A stretch of 64,000 nucleotides of DNA. It comes from Gammaproteobacteria bacterium. GTDB lineage: Bacteria > Pseudomonadota > Gammaproteobacteria > G965277405. Positions within the stretch are counted from its first letter, which is position 1. Every line of letters begins with the position of its first letter. Below the pieces are notes generated by a model that worked only from the letters and a program-made list of their open reading frames with translations, was not told the DNA's origin and ran no database searches. The stretch spans positions 887,128 to 951,127 of the forward strand of contig OZ255726.1 of assembly GCA_965277405.1 (NCBI GenBank), in the 5' to 3' direction. Position numbers and translations under genes: made by a program. Positions 1 through 11,097 of this stretch are shown piece by piece.

Positions 1-506
1 ATCACTATTCCCAAGCGACAAGCGAAGTGCTCCTCTAATTTTTGGCAGAGATTTCGTGCGCTTTTATCAGGGTCTTTAGGTAATACAATCAGTTGACCAG
101 GATGATTAGCGTTCGACTCATCGACCGCCGCATTGGCACAAATATAGCCATTTTTATGCTCGGTAATCAGCACTCCTTCCTGTTGATCTTGGCGTTTAAT
201 TGCGCGAATAATCCGGGTTGATTGAGATAAAATAACGGCAACTTTACGCGGATCTTTGTTAATCGTTTTCGCCAGCTCAATCGCCTCTTGGCTCGGTGTT
301 ACTCGGTCTAAATAAATACATGCCCCTTCGGTTTTAGAGACCACCTTATGGGCGACAACCAAGATATCGCCTGCCAATAAGCGTTGCTGATTGACCGTCA
401 GCGCTGCGATAATACTGCAGGCTAGGTCGTCACCTTGGTTAAAATCGGGCAGCCCAGCCACCTGAAATATAGAAATGCAGTTGCTGGTGGACAACGAATC
501 AGCCAT
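1..506 (-). CDS. cofE: Coenzyme F420-0:L-glutamate ligase CofE. Partial: the start codon is at 506 and the 3' end runs off the window.
   Basis: Reverse translation from the ATG at 506 gives MADSLSTSNCISIFQVAGLPDFNQGDDL...HKVVSKTEG...ICANAAVDESN...LPKDPDKSARNL, which are CofE/FbiB N-domain motifs. It overlaps the cofC stop by 8 nt. Confidence 0.75.
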   Translation of the reverse strand, partial: MADSLSTSNCISIFQVAGLPDFNQGDDLACSIIAALTVNQQRLLAGDILVVAHKVVSKTEGACIYLDRVTPSQEAIELAKTINKDPRKVAVILSQSTRIIRAIKRQDQQEGVLITEHKNGYICANAAVDESNANHPGQLIVLPKDPDKSARNLCQKLEEHFACRLGIV

Positions 507-1206
507 ACAAAAACTCCGACACTGTATGTTGTTGATTATGTTGTTGATTATGTTGTTGATTTTTCTCTACCAGTTTTTTTTCACAGTAACAGCGCCATTC
601 TTGAAAGCGTTCTGGTGCTTGTTGTAGCGCTTTGATCAGATCGTCGCTGTGGTCAATGTCCAGCGCAAGGTGGGTAAAATGCAAATAACTACAAGAAAAG
701 CGATGCGCCAAAGCATTGGCATGATGCGCCAGCGCTGACTGATCCCCGTACTCAAATTCAATGGCGTCTGGCGGAGAAGTCAGCAAGGCATTTGTCCCGC
801 CGTCTGTTGCCGCCGCAATCACGACTTGGGCATCCTCAGCTGTGTAGATCAGTTCTTCGATTTCCTGATGGTCGAGTACCGCAATATCCGCTGGAACAAT
901 TAGTTGGCGCGCGTAGCCTGCTTGCTTTACCCAATTACAGGCAAAGCCCAATGCGCCATTCAAACCAGTTGAGCTATCATTGAATAAGGCATTTGCCCCA
1001 TAATCTCTGGCAAGGCTTAGTATCTGCGGGGATTCAGTCACTACCACAACATCTGCGGTGGGGAAGTGGTGCTGGAAAAATAATAGCGTGTTTTTAAATA
1101 AACTTAATGCCAGGCTTGCGCGCGCGGCATCTGACAAGATAGCGGCTAATCTGCGCTTGGAGCGTTGCGGCGCTTTCATCGGCACAACTACACAGAGATT
1201 ATTCAT
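499..1206 (-). CDS. cofC: 2-phospho-L-lactate (or PEP/3-PG) guanylyltransferase CofC, MobA-like family. It carries a C-terminal QQHN-repeat extension.
   Basis: The N-terminus LCVVVPMKAPQRSKRRL...TDGGTNAL is CofC-like. Its start overlaps the cofD stop by 1 nt (TAATG). It lies inside a co-oriented cofG-H-D-C-E operon. Confidence 0.75.
   Translation of the reverse strand: MNNLCVVVPMKAPQRSKRRLAAILSDAARASLALSLFKNTLLFFQHHFPTADVVVVTESPQILSLARDYGANALFNDSSTGLNGALGFACNWVKQAGYARQLIVPADIAVLDHQEIEELIYTAEDAQVVIAAATDGGTNALLTSPPDAIEFEYGDQSALAHHANALAHRFSCSYLHFTHLALDIDHSDDLIKALQQAPERFQEWRCYCEKKLVEKNQQHNQQHNQQHTVSEFLYG
525..560. repeat. In-frame 12-bp x3 tandem repeat (TATGTTGTTGAT) in the 3' end of cofC. It encodes the (NQQH)x3 stretch.
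   Basis: Three perfect copies are read directly in the sequence. Confidence 0.9.
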
Positions 1207-2165
1207 TAAGCAGCCCTGTATTGCTGGCGCGACATGGCAAACTCGACCACTTGGGTTAACAGACGACTTTTATCTTGTGTGGAATTCATCAAGGTCGGGG
1301 TCACCAAGGTATCTAAACCTTGTTGGTTGAGCCAAGTTGCTTCTCCGCTGTCTTCACGGTCAATTACCATGCCGTCTAACAACGTCGAATAACACTGGTA
1401 AATTCCTTTAGAGTCGACGCTTTTCCCTGTATTTTTGAGCATTTTATCCGCCGGACCTTTAACAGTTTTCCCTCCAATCAAAGGAGATACAGCTATCACA
1501 TACGCCTTACTTTCTTCAATTGATGTTTGAATATCTGCGATGGCAAGAATGGCGCCAATACTGACAATAGGGTTACTTGGAGCAATGATAATAATGTCAC
1601 TTTTTGCTATCTGCTCGATGGCGCTCGATGTGGCTGTTGCGGTTTCGACACCTGCATACTGGATTGCCAGCACATCAGGTCGGCAATGCTCGCGTACAAA
1701 ATATTGTTGGAAAGATAGCCAGCCAGCAGCAGTTTTTATTCGGGTTTTCACCACATCATCAGTGGGTAATAAGATAGTCAACGCGACACCATGGCGTTGG
1801 GACAAACGCTGGGTGATATCACTGGCGCTAACCCCCTGCTTTTTTAATTCTGTCCGAAAAATATGCGTGGCAAAATCTAAATCACCCAAGGTCATCCACG
1901 TATCCTGCCCTAAGGCGTTGAGCTCGGTTAGTACGCGGTGGGTTTCATGCGCCCGACCCCACCCTTGCTCGCGGTCAACCTGATTTCCTAGGGAATAAAT
2001 CAGCGTGTCTACATCAGGCGACACCCATAGACCATGGAATTCATCATCGTCGCCAATGTTGGCAATGATTTTGGTCGCGTCGGCGTATTTGCTCGCGGCT
2101 AACCCTTCTGCGGCTTTTGCCCCACCAATGCCACCGGCTAATAAGGTAATAGTTACACCTAGCAT
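1206..2165 (-). CDS. cofD: 2-phospho-L-lactate transferase CofD (LPPG:FO transferase)
   Basis: The N-terminal TLLAGGIGGAK motif and 319-aa length fit the CofD/YvcK-like family. It is translationally coupled to cofH and cofC. Confidence 0.85.
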   Translation of the reverse strand: MLGVTITLLAGGIGGAKAAEGLAASKYADATKIIANIGDDDEFHGLWVSPDVDTLIYSLGNQVDREQGWGRAHETHRVLTELNALGQDTWMTLGDLDFATHIFRTELKKQGVSASDITQRLSQRHGVALTILLPTDDVVKTRIKTAAGWLSFQQYFVREHCRPDVLAIQYAGVETATATSSAIEQIAKSDIIIIAPSNPIVSIGAILAIADIQTSIEESKAYVIAVSPLIGGKTVKGPADKMLKNTGKSVDSKGIYQCYSTLLDGMVIDREDSGEATWLNQQGLDTLVTPTLMNSTQDKSRLLTQVVEFAMSRQQYRAA

Positions 2166-3364
2166 GCGCTAACTCCTTGAGTCGTAATTCGATGCGTTAC
2201 CGGCGTCTTGCCATATGCCTTTACTACTGCGTATAGGGTATTACGCTGGATGGGGTCGAGGCCTGCGGCTTGAATATTTGTGACCATGTCTTGAGGAAAG
2301 ACTTCTTGCCCATGAGTTGCCCCCGCCGCGCGGGATATACTTTCATTCATCAAAGTACCGCCTAAGTCATTCGCCCCAGAACGCAACATTTTGCTGGCGA
2401 CATCTGCCCCCATTTTTACCCAAGAGGCTTGAATATTGTCGATATATCCTTGCAACATTAAACGCGCAATGGCGTGCATTTTAAAATGTTCATCGCGGGT
2501 TGGACCAGGGCGAACTTTGTCTGGATTATCCAGATACAGGCGTGTTTTATAATGAATAAACCCCAACGGAACGAATTCAGTAAAACCGCCTGTTGCACGC
2601 TGGATATCACGGAGTAGCTCAAGGTGTTTTGCCCAATGAATCGGCTGATCTACATGGCCGTACATGATGGTTGACGTTGTCGGCAAACCAACAGAGTGTG
2701 CCGCCTTAATAATGCGCACCCATTGTTGCGCCGTTAGTTTGTTCTTGGTTAATTGCTTGCGTACTTCAGTGTCTAGAATCTCCGCTGCGGTTCCTGGCAT
2801 TGACCCCAAACCAAGGGACTGCAATTCGGAGATAAAAACTTCTGGCTCTAGGCGTGCTTTTTTGCAGCCATACCAAATTTCAAACGGTGAAAAGGCATGG
2901 ATGTGAATATCAGCAACCCGCTTTTTTACGGCAATCACTAGGTTACGATAATAGTCTGCATCGATGGCAGGATGCAGCCCCCCTTGGATGCAGACTTCAG
3001 TGGCGTCTCGATACCACGCCTCTTCGGCACGGTCCGCCACCTGTTCAACGGTTAAAAACTCGGCGTCTTTATCGCCTTTCTGTTTGGCAAAATTGCAGAA
3101 ACGGCAACCCATATAGCAGACATTGGTAAAGTTGATATTTCTGGTGATAACGAAGGTTCCCGTATTGCCAACACGTTGTTCGCGTATTGTATCCGCCGTG
3201 GCTAACACAGCCTGCGCCTCAGCGCCTTGGGTGGCAAATAAAACGCAGGCGTCCTTAACACTCAGTTCTTCCCCACATAACGTTTTTTCTAAAATATCAC
3301 GCACACGCGAACTAATCACACGCGCACTAATCAGACGCGAACGAATATTGTCGCCAATTAGCAC
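2159..3364 (-). CDS. cofH: FO synthase subunit 2 CofH (radical SAM)
   Basis: It has the radical-SAM motif CYMGCRFCNF (the CxxxCRFC pattern typical of CofH). It overlaps cofD by 7 nt. Confidence 0.85.
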   Translation of the reverse strand: MLIGDNIRSRLISARVISSRVRDILEKTLCGEELSVKDACVLFATQGAEAQAVLATADTIREQRVGNTGTFVITRNINFTNVCYMGCRFCNFAKQKGDKDAEFLTVEQVADRAEEAWYRDATEVCIQGGLHPAIDADYYRNLVIAVKKRVADIHIHAFSPFEIWYGCKKARLEPEVFISELQSLGLGSMPGTAAEILDTEVRKQLTKNKLTAQQWVRIIKAAHSVGLPTTSTIMYGHVDQPIHWAKHLELLRDIQRATGGFTEFVPLGFIHYKTRLYLDNPDKVRPGPTRDEHFKMHAIARLMLQGYIDNIQASWVKMGADVASKMLRSGANDLGGTLMNESISRAAGATHGQEVFPQDMVTNIQAAGLDPIQRNTLYAVVKAYGKTPVTHRITTQGVSAC

Positions 3365-4635
3365 AGAGGTTCCATAGCTAACGGTAATAGGTTACTCGAG
3401 CGAGCCGCGCCACTGAGAAGAGACGCGACCCGTGGTAATAACGCTGGGGTTAAATATTTGTGTTGTTGGCGCTGGAAACGCGGGTAAATAGTCAGGCGTT
3501 CTGCCAGGGAGTAACCCAACCCTGCACAGGTCTGTGCCACGCTGCTAATTTGTGGCCAAGCGCGTTCTGGGTTAATAAAGTCCTTGGTAAGCGGAGAAAT
3601 ACCACCAAAATCATTGATGCCAGCGCTGATATAACTGCCGTATTCTTCTTCCAAATTAGGTGGTGCCTGTATGCTGATTTCATCGGGTAGGATTAGACGA
3701 GCCACCGCAATGGTGCGTTTCATGTCATCGAGCGTCGGCTCACGGCAGCCTGCCATCGCGGTTCGTGCTTTGGCGCGAAAATTTTGAATAATAACTTCTT
3801 GAATATGTCCGTAGGCCAGATGCCGATCGCGGATCGCTATGAGACTATGGATACGCTCTTCCCAAGATTCGCCAATACCAATCAGAATTCCCGTAGTAAA
3901 AGCAATATCCAAACGCCCAGCTTGTTCGATAGTATTGAGCCTGCGTTTTGGTGTTTTATCTGGACAAGCGTGGTGAGCTTGTCCTTTTTTGAACAAATTC
4001 ATCGAGAGATTTTCCACCATCATCCCCATGCTCGCAGCAACTGGCTTTAGCCGTTTAAGTTCGTCATAGGAAAGCGCGCCAGCGTTGACATGGGGCAATA
4101 GACTCGTTGCGGTTAACACGCTGGCGCATTGATCGTGCAGATAATCCAAGGTGTTGCTGTACCCGAGGGACGCGAGTAAGTCCCTGGCTTTTTGGTGGCG
4201 TTGTTCAGGGCGCTCGCCCAAACTAAACAAAGCTTCTTTACACGCTAACGCGGCGCCTTCCCGTGCTGTTTTAAGCACTTGCTCTGGCGTCATGTAATTG
4301 GCGTTTGCTGAATCCGCTGCCTGCACAAAGGTGCAATAACCGCAGCTATCACGGCACATATTGGTTAAGGGAATAAATACTTTCTTGGAATAAGTTAGTT
4401 GTTTACCCCAATAATTATCTCGGAGCTTAGCTGCCTGCTGACAGAGTGCGTATAAGTCTGGACCAGTGGCAAACTGATACGCTGCTGCCTCTGCAAAAGA
4501 AACCATACCCCTCCCCACGCGTGAATATAAATTTGATGCTAATGTGTTTCGCAAGGTTAACATAAACCTGATAATGTTGGTCGACTTATTTTTGGCGGCC
4601 AACAACCCTACAATATGTTGCAAGCAAATAATCAT
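3358..4635 (-). CDS. cofG: FO synthase subunit 1 CofG (radical SAM)
   Basis: It has the radical-SAM motif CRDSCGYCTF (the CxxxCGYC pattern typical of CofG) and is 425 aa. It overlaps cofH by 7 nt. Confidence 0.85.
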   Translation of the reverse strand: MIICLQHIVGLLAAKNKSTNIIRFMLTLRNTLASNLYSRVGRGMVSFAEAAAYQFATGPDLYALCQQAAKLRDNYWGKQLTYSKKVFIPLTNMCRDSCGYCTFVQAADSANANYMTPEQVLKTAREGAALACKEALFSLGERPEQRHQKARDLLASLGYSNTLDYLHDQCASVLTATSLLPHVNAGALSYDELKRLKPVAASMGMMVENLSMNLFKKGQAHHACPDKTPKRRLNTIEQAGRLDIAFTTGILIGIGESWEERIHSLIAIRDRHLAYGHIQEVIIQNFRAKARTAMAGCREPTLDDMKRTIAVARLILPDEISIQAPPNLEEEYGSYISAGINDFGGISPLTKDFINPERAWPQISSVAQTCAGLGYSLAERLTIYPRFQRQQHKYLTPALLPRVASLLSGAARSSNLLPLAMEPLC

Positions 4636-4658
4636 GATGTTGCAAGCAAATAATCATG
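4615..4658. repeat. Perfect 22-bp tandem duplication (ATGTTGCAAGCAAATAATCATG x2) spanning the cofG start codon
   Basis: Two identical units lie at 4615-4636 and 4637-4658. The second creates an out-of-frame upstream ATG. Confidence 0.9.
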
Positions 4659-4830
4659 GCTTGAATTGCTGAAAATCGATTATACTGCTAGTGTTTAAGG
4701 CAGTAATGACTGGTGTTTTTTTGTATTTTTTAAAAAAACAAAATATTAGGTGCTATACTTTATGTCTTACGTTACAACCGATAAATCGATACAGTTGCCA
4801 TTTAGGCATATTAGGCATAAGGGGGGAATA

Positions 4831-6081
4831 ATGCAAAATCTTCGTATTAACGCACAGCGCCTTTGGGACACTTTAATGGAAATGGGCGAGATTGGTGGCA
4901 CACAAAAAGGCGGTTGCAATCGACTGGTTGGCACAGATCTAGATAAACAAGCTCGTGATCTTTTTGTTTCTTGGTGTAAAGACGCTAATTGTGAAATTGA
5001 AGTTGATAAAATCGGTAACATCTTTGCACGTCGCCCTGGTAAATATAATGACCTCCCTGCCGTTGTAACTGGCAGCCATCTAGATACGCAGCCGACTGGA
5101 GGCAAATACGACGGCGTATTTGGCGTTTTATCTGGGGTTGAGGTGTTACGCATTCTCCACGAAAACAGCATACAAACGCCAACACCCATGGAGTTCACGG
5201 TATGGACCAACGAAGAAGGTTCGCGTTTCCAACCTGCCATGCAAGGCTCTGGTACGTATGTGGGGCGTTTTGACCTAGCAGATGAGTTGAACAAAACCGA
5301 TGTTGACGGCATCCGCCTTGGCGATGAGTTGCAACGCATCGGCTACCTAGGTGAGATGGAGTTAGGCAGCCGCAATATGGGCGCGTTTTTCGAGGTTCAC
5401 ATTGAACAAGGTCCAATTTTAGAAGATGAAAAAAAATCGATCGGTGTAGTGAGACTCGGACAAGGTATTCGCTGGTATAACATTGAGGTAACTGGTCGCC
5501 CGTCGCATTCTGGTACTACGCCAATGCATTTACGCAAAGATGCGATGCTGACGGCAGCATTGGTAGTATCCGAAACACAAGCGATTGCCAATCGCCATCC
5601 AAGTGGGCTTGGCACAGTCGGTTTTATGCAGGTTTGGCCGAACTCCCGCAATACGATTCCAGGTAGTGTGACATTTAGTGTTGATTTGCGTAATCCGCTG
5701 CCAGAAGTATTATTAGCAATGCATGAAGAGTTGCTAGCTTTCTGTGACGCAACAGCAAGCAACCAAGGTTTAGATATCAAAGTAGACCCCTTTTGGTATT
5801 TTGCCCCAGTGGAGTTTAAAGCCTCTGACGATGTAAAAGTTGCCGCTGCGAAACTGGGTTACACCCACATGGATATTTTCGCAGGTGCTGGCCACGACGC
5901 CTGCTATATGGCGGATATAGTGCCGACAGGGATGATATTTACTCCTTGTTTAAACGGTATTAGTCACAACGAGGCAGAATATACCTCCCCTGAAGAATGC
6001 GCCGCAGGAGCAAACGTACTCCTGCATACCATGTTAGAGGCGAGTGAACGGATTGCCAGAGAACAACAAACTAAAGTCTAG
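4831..6081 (+). CDS. M20-family amidohydrolase: N-carbamoyl-L-amino-acid hydrolase / beta-ureidopropionase / allantoate amidohydrolase-like
   Basis: The protein has zinc-amidase motifs of the HyuC/AllC type. The ATG at 4831 is preceded by an AAGGGGGG SD. The track ORF start at 4750 is probably too far upstream. Confidence 0.8.
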   Translation: MQNLRINAQRLWDTLMEMGEIGGTQKGGCNRLVGTDLDKQARDLFVSWCKDANCEIEVDKIGNIFARRPGKYNDLPAVVTGSHLDTQPTGGKYDGVFGVLSGVEVLRILHENSIQTPTPMEFTVWTNEEGSRFQPAMQGSGTYVGRFDLADELNKTDVDGIRLGDELQRIGYLGEMELGSRNMGAFFEVHIEQGPILEDEKKSIGVVRLGQGIRWYNIEVTGRPSHSGTTPMHLRKDAMLTAALVVSETQAIANRHPSGLGTVGFMQVWPNSRNTIPGSVTFSVDLRNPLPEVLLAMHEELLAFCDATASNQGLDIKVDPFWYFAPVEFKASDDVKVAAAKLGYTHMDIFAGAGHDACYMADIVPTGMIFTPCLNGISHNEAEYTSPEECAAGANVLLHTMLEASERIAREQQTKV

Positions 6082-6123
6082 TTTTGAATGATAATTAAAC
6101 ATTAAACAAAGTGGAGAAGCAAT

Positions 6124-7608
6124 ATGACCAGTAAAGCTGTAAACGTAGGTGATTTTTATGAATTAGAGGTTGGTAACGATCTTAAGCAAAGTACAGCATA
6201 CAACGACGACTTGGCGCCGACAAAAATAAAACAACGGACTTGGAATAAATGGAATATCGGCGCGTTATGGGTCGGGATGTCGATTTGTGTACCTACCTAT
6301 ACATTAGGTGGGGTGTTGACCGCCTATTTTGGGCTATCAGTGATGGAGGCCTTGTTGGCAATCCTTATCGCCAACATCGTAGTGCTCGTTCCACTCACGT
6401 TAAATGCTTACCCAGGCACTAAGTTTGGCATTCCTTTTCCTGTGTTATTGCGGTCGTCATTCGGCGTGGTTGGCTCTAACATTCCTTGTTTAATCCGCGC
6501 TCTCGTCGCTTGTGGCTGGTTTGGCATTCAAACCATGTTCGGCGGTTTAGCGATCCATTTATTCTTATCTGCGCTTTCAGATGGCTGGGCAAGTCTCGGC
6601 GGTTTTGGTGAGGTAATCGGTTTCTTCATTTTTTGGCTACTCAACTTGTACGTGGTCATCCGCGGTGCAGAGTCGATCAAGTGGATGGAAACCTTGTCCG
6701 CGCCGCTGTTGTTAATCGTCGCGATTGGTTTAATGTTCTGGGCAAGCGGGAAAGTATCTTTAATCGAAGTCATAACATCACCTGCTAATCGCCCTGCTGA
6801 CGCTGGCTTTTGGGGTTACTTTTTTAGTGGTATAACGGCTATGGTAGGGTTCTGGGCAACATTATCATTGAATATTCCTGATTTCAGTCGTTACGCAAAA
6901 TCACAAAAAGATCAGGTTATTGGTCAAATTATCGGGCTACCGCTGACGATGTTCTTTTTCTCAGCTTTAGGCGTGGTACTAACCGCCGCTTCAATGAGTT
7001 TAGTCGGCGAAACAATTGCTGATCCAATTACTTTGATTGGTAAAATAGACAGCCCTTTTTGGGTCGCAACGGCGATGGTGTTGATCGTTATCGCAACACT
7101 TTCAACCAATACGGCAGCCAACATCGTCTCTCCCACCAACGACTTCCAAAACATTGCCCCTAAACACATCAATCACTTTCGTGGCGCTGTATTGACAGGC
7201 TTAGTCGGTATCGTGCTAATGGGCTGGGAACTGCTGAAAAAAATAGGTTGGTTGACGACTGAGGTAAGTTTAGAAAGTATGTACTCAAACTGGCTGTTAG
7301 GGTATTCCAGTCTACTAGGTCCTATCGCTGGGATCATGATTGTCGACTACTTCCTAATCAAACGTCAGCAATTGGATTTGGTCGGGTTGTATACCCCAAA
7401 TAGCGTATACCCTGCTTTTAATAGCTCTGGATTGATCGCTTTTGCCGTACCGGTGGTAATGACATTGATCGCTTTAAGTTATCCTGCCGTTAATTGGTTC
7501 TACAGCTATGGTTGGTTCACGGGAGCATTCACAGGCGCTATCGTGTACTACGTGCTTGCTAAAATGCAAACGTCTACCTTGAGCCAAGCCACTGCGTTGC
7601 CATCTTAA
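6124..7608 (+). CDS. NCS1-family nucleobase/hydantoin/allantoin:cation symporter
   Basis: A 494-aa polytopic membrane protein with the typical NCS1 N-terminus (WNKWNIGALWVGMSI). Confidence 0.85.
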   Translation: MTSKAVNVGDFYELEVGNDLKQSTAYNDDLAPTKIKQRTWNKWNIGALWVGMSICVPTYTLGGVLTAYFGLSVMEALLAILIANIVVLVPLTLNAYPGTKFGIPFPVLLRSSFGVVGSNIPCLIRALVACGWFGIQTMFGGLAIHLFLSALSDGWASLGGFGEVIGFFIFWLLNLYVVIRGAESIKWMETLSAPLLLIVAIGLMFWASGKVSLIEVITSPANRPADAGFWGYFFSGITAMVGFWATLSLNIPDFSRYAKSQKDQVIGQIIGLPLTMFFFSALGVVLTAASMSLVGETIADPITLIGKIDSPFWVATAMVLIVIATLSTNTAANIVSPTNDFQNIAPKHINHFRGAVLTGLVGIVLMGWELLKKIGWLTTEVSLESMYSNWLLGYSSLLGPIAGIMIVDYFLIKRQQLDLVGLYTPNSVYPAFNSSGLIAFAVPVVMTLIALSYPAVNWFYSYGWFTGAFTGAIVYYVLAKMQTSTLSQATALPS

Positions 7609-7710
7609 TTAATTTTACTTGTTAGCGTTCTTTTGATAGCTAATGTTTGTATCAAATCATCGCTGATGCAGATGTTGTTGCGAAGTGGTTCACTGTTGAT
7701 TTTAATTTAA

Positions 7711-9165
<1,455 letters not shown>

Positions 9166-9188
9166 ATAGCTGATATGAAAATGCCTAG

Positions 9189-9351
9189 GGAAGCTCTGAT
9201 TAACTCGCTAGTGGAGCGAGGTTGCCTGCAATTGCCGCGTATGTTGTGCTATACCTTGCTTGAATACTACAATACTGCATTTTTGGGATATTCTTTGTCG
9301 GGTTGTAGTGGTTTGCATAAATTGCTTTATAAGCAACTGATTCAGAACTTC
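9189..9351 (-). mobile_element. Diverged, internally deleted copy of the MITE family (about 163 bp). The R-type terminus is on the left.
   Basis: The left end GGAAGCTCTGATTAACTCGCTAGTGGAGCGAGGTTGCCTGCAATTGC matches the R terminus of the full copies. The right end is CTGATTCAGAACTTC. The flanks are CTAG / TTTA. Confidence 0.6.
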
Positions 9352-9352
9352 T

Positions 9353-9712
9353 TTAGATGGAAAAATCAAGTTCGTCTACTGTTGGCATTGCTTTGATTAC
9401 TTCATATGATTGTACAATTCCTTGTTGAAAATATACAATTATATGCCCGTTTTTTTCTGTCGTTGCAGAATTACGCGCATCAAAAGTAAAAACATAGTCC
9501 CAACGGTTTGGTGAGAACGTATCAATCAGCAGTGGATTACCCAATACAAACCGTACTTGGTCTTGCGTCATCCCTACTTGTAAACGATCTAGCGCGGTTG
9601 TCTCAACAATAATGCCTTGCTGGACGGCCGTACGTTGTATGTATGGGTAGCAGCTAGTTAGAAAAAATCCTATGAAAACAAACAAGAATGAGTAAATTAG
9701 AATGATTCGCAT
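9353..9712 (-). CDS. bamE: Outer-membrane protein assembly factor BamE (SmpA/OmlA lipoprotein)
   Basis: It has a lipobox (FLTSC) and the BamE fold motifs LQVGMTQDQVRFVLGNP. It is divergent from fur, which is the conserved omlA-fur arrangement. Confidence 0.85.
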   Translation of the reverse strand: MRIILIYSFLFVFIGFFLTSCYPYIQRTAVQQGIIVETTALDRLQVGMTQDQVRFVLGNPLLIDTFSPNRWDYVFTFDARNSATTEKNGHIIVYFQQGIVQSYEVIKAMPTVDELDFSI

Positions 9713-9736
9713 AAACAGTAGTGTAGGATAAAGATT

Positions 9737-10174
9737 ATGAATGTCGATAAAATTTTACGCGCAGCAGCTCTCAAAGTCACTAAAGCAAGAAAAGATATAT
9801 ATGGTTTACTTGCACGTAGTAAATCACCGTTGCGTGCCGATGATATATACCATCAATTTAAAATAGATGGCAACCCTACAAGTTTAGCAACAATTTATCG
9901 TGTCCTCCTCCAATTAGAACAGGTAGGCCTGTTAAGTAAACATCATTTTGACTCAACTACCGCTTGGTATGAACTGGTAAGTATCAAACACCACGATCAT
10001 CTGCGCTGCCTTGATTGTGGACAATTCGTTGAGTTTTATAACGAAACAATCGAACAAAAGCAAAAAGAAGTAGCGAGGCAACTTGGTTTTACCATGGTTG
10101 ACCATACCCTGAATATTCAAGGTCATTGCCAACAAACAAATTGCGATCATAAACAGCAACAAACAGATACGTAA
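9737..10174 (+). CDS. fur: Ferric uptake regulator Fur
   Basis: A 145-aa Fur-family protein with H-rich C-terminal metal sites (HHDHLRCLDCG...HC). Confidence 0.85.
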   Translation: MNVDKILRAAALKVTKARKDIYGLLARSKSPLRADDIYHQFKIDGNPTSLATIYRVLLQLEQVGLLSKHHFDSTTAWYELVSIKHHDHLRCLDCGQFVEFYNETIEQKQKEVARQLGFTMVDHTLNIQGHCQQTNCDHKQQQTDT

Positions 10175-10176
10175 CT

Positions 10177-11097
10177 ATGATACAGCAGCGCACACTCAGA
10201 ACATCCATCAATGCAAAAGGCATTGGTTTGCATTCTGGTGTTCCAGTTATGATGAAGTTACGCCCTGCACCAGTCAACACTGGGATTATCATCATTCGCA
10301 CAGATCTGCAAGATAAACCACACATTCATGCAACGGCTACGAATGTCTGCGAAACAGTAATGTGTACTAAACTCGGCGCTAGCGGTGATACTGGCGTTAC
10401 AGTTGCAACTGTAGAGCATCTCCTCTCGGCTTTTGCAGGACTTGGAATTGACAATGCGTATGTCGATGTAAATGCTGGAGAAATCCCTATAATGGACGGC
10501 AGTTCTAGCCAGTTTGTTTTTTTAATTCAATCAGCAGGAATACAGGAACAGCAAGAAAATCGTACTTTTGTACGCATCTTGAAAGAGATCAAGATTGACC
10601 AAGGCGATCGTTGGGTCAGTCTTAAGCCATTTGAAGGGTTTCTCTTAAAGTTTTCTATTGGCTTTGATCACCCTTTTTTTGCGAACAAAACATTATCCCA
10701 AGTATTCAATTTTTCTAGCACTTCGTACCTGCGTGAATGTATGCGTTCCAGAACATTTGGCTTTCAAAAAGATATTGACTATTTAAAATCAAAAAAACTT
10801 GCAATGGGTGGCAGTGAAAAAAATGCCATCGTTATCGGTGATAAAGGTGTAATAAACCCAAAAGGGCTGCGCCGTAACAACGAACTGATAATGCATAAAA
10901 TTCTAGATGCTATTGGTGACTTATATCTGCTTGGCCACTTTATCATTGGCAAATTTGAAGGGTTTAAATCAGGTCATGCCTTAAACAATTTATTACTACG
11001 AAAACTACTTGAATCTCCTGACAGTTGGGAGTTTTATCAACCTCCGCCAAACACTGCAATGCCAAGTTACTTTGCTAAAACAGAAGAAACCGAATAA
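10177..11097 (+). CDS. lpxC: UDP-3-O-acyl-N-acetylglucosamine deacetylase LpxC
   Basis: The N-terminus MIQQRTLRTSINAKGIGLHSG is LpxC-like, and the protein is 306 aa. Confidence 0.9.
   Translation: MIQQRTLRTSINAKGIGLHSGVPVMMKLRPAPVNTGIIIIRTDLQDKPHIHATATNVCETVMCTKLGASGDTGVTVATVEHLLSAFAGLGIDNAYVDVNAGEIPIMDGSSSQFVFLIQSAGIQEQQENRTFVRILKEIKIDQGDRWVSLKPFEGFLLKFSIGFDHPFFANKTLSQVFNFSSTSYLRECMRSRTFGFQKDIDYLKSKKLAMGGSEKNAIVIGDKGVINPKGLRRNNELIMHKILDAIGDLYLLGHFIIGKFEGFKSGHALNNLLLRKLLESPDSWEFYQPPPNTAMPSYFAKTEETE

Noticed and set aside
4767-5780. Antisense ORFs of 60-190 aa nested within well-supported genes (for example 4767-5339, 5397-5780, 6528-6773, 8550-8987, 20851-21207, 26650-27019, 27399-27839, 38168-38602, 40551-40964)
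   Set aside because: They are entirely embedded, antisense or out-of-frame, within conserved CDSs and show no recognisable family. They are typical spurious shadow ORFs.
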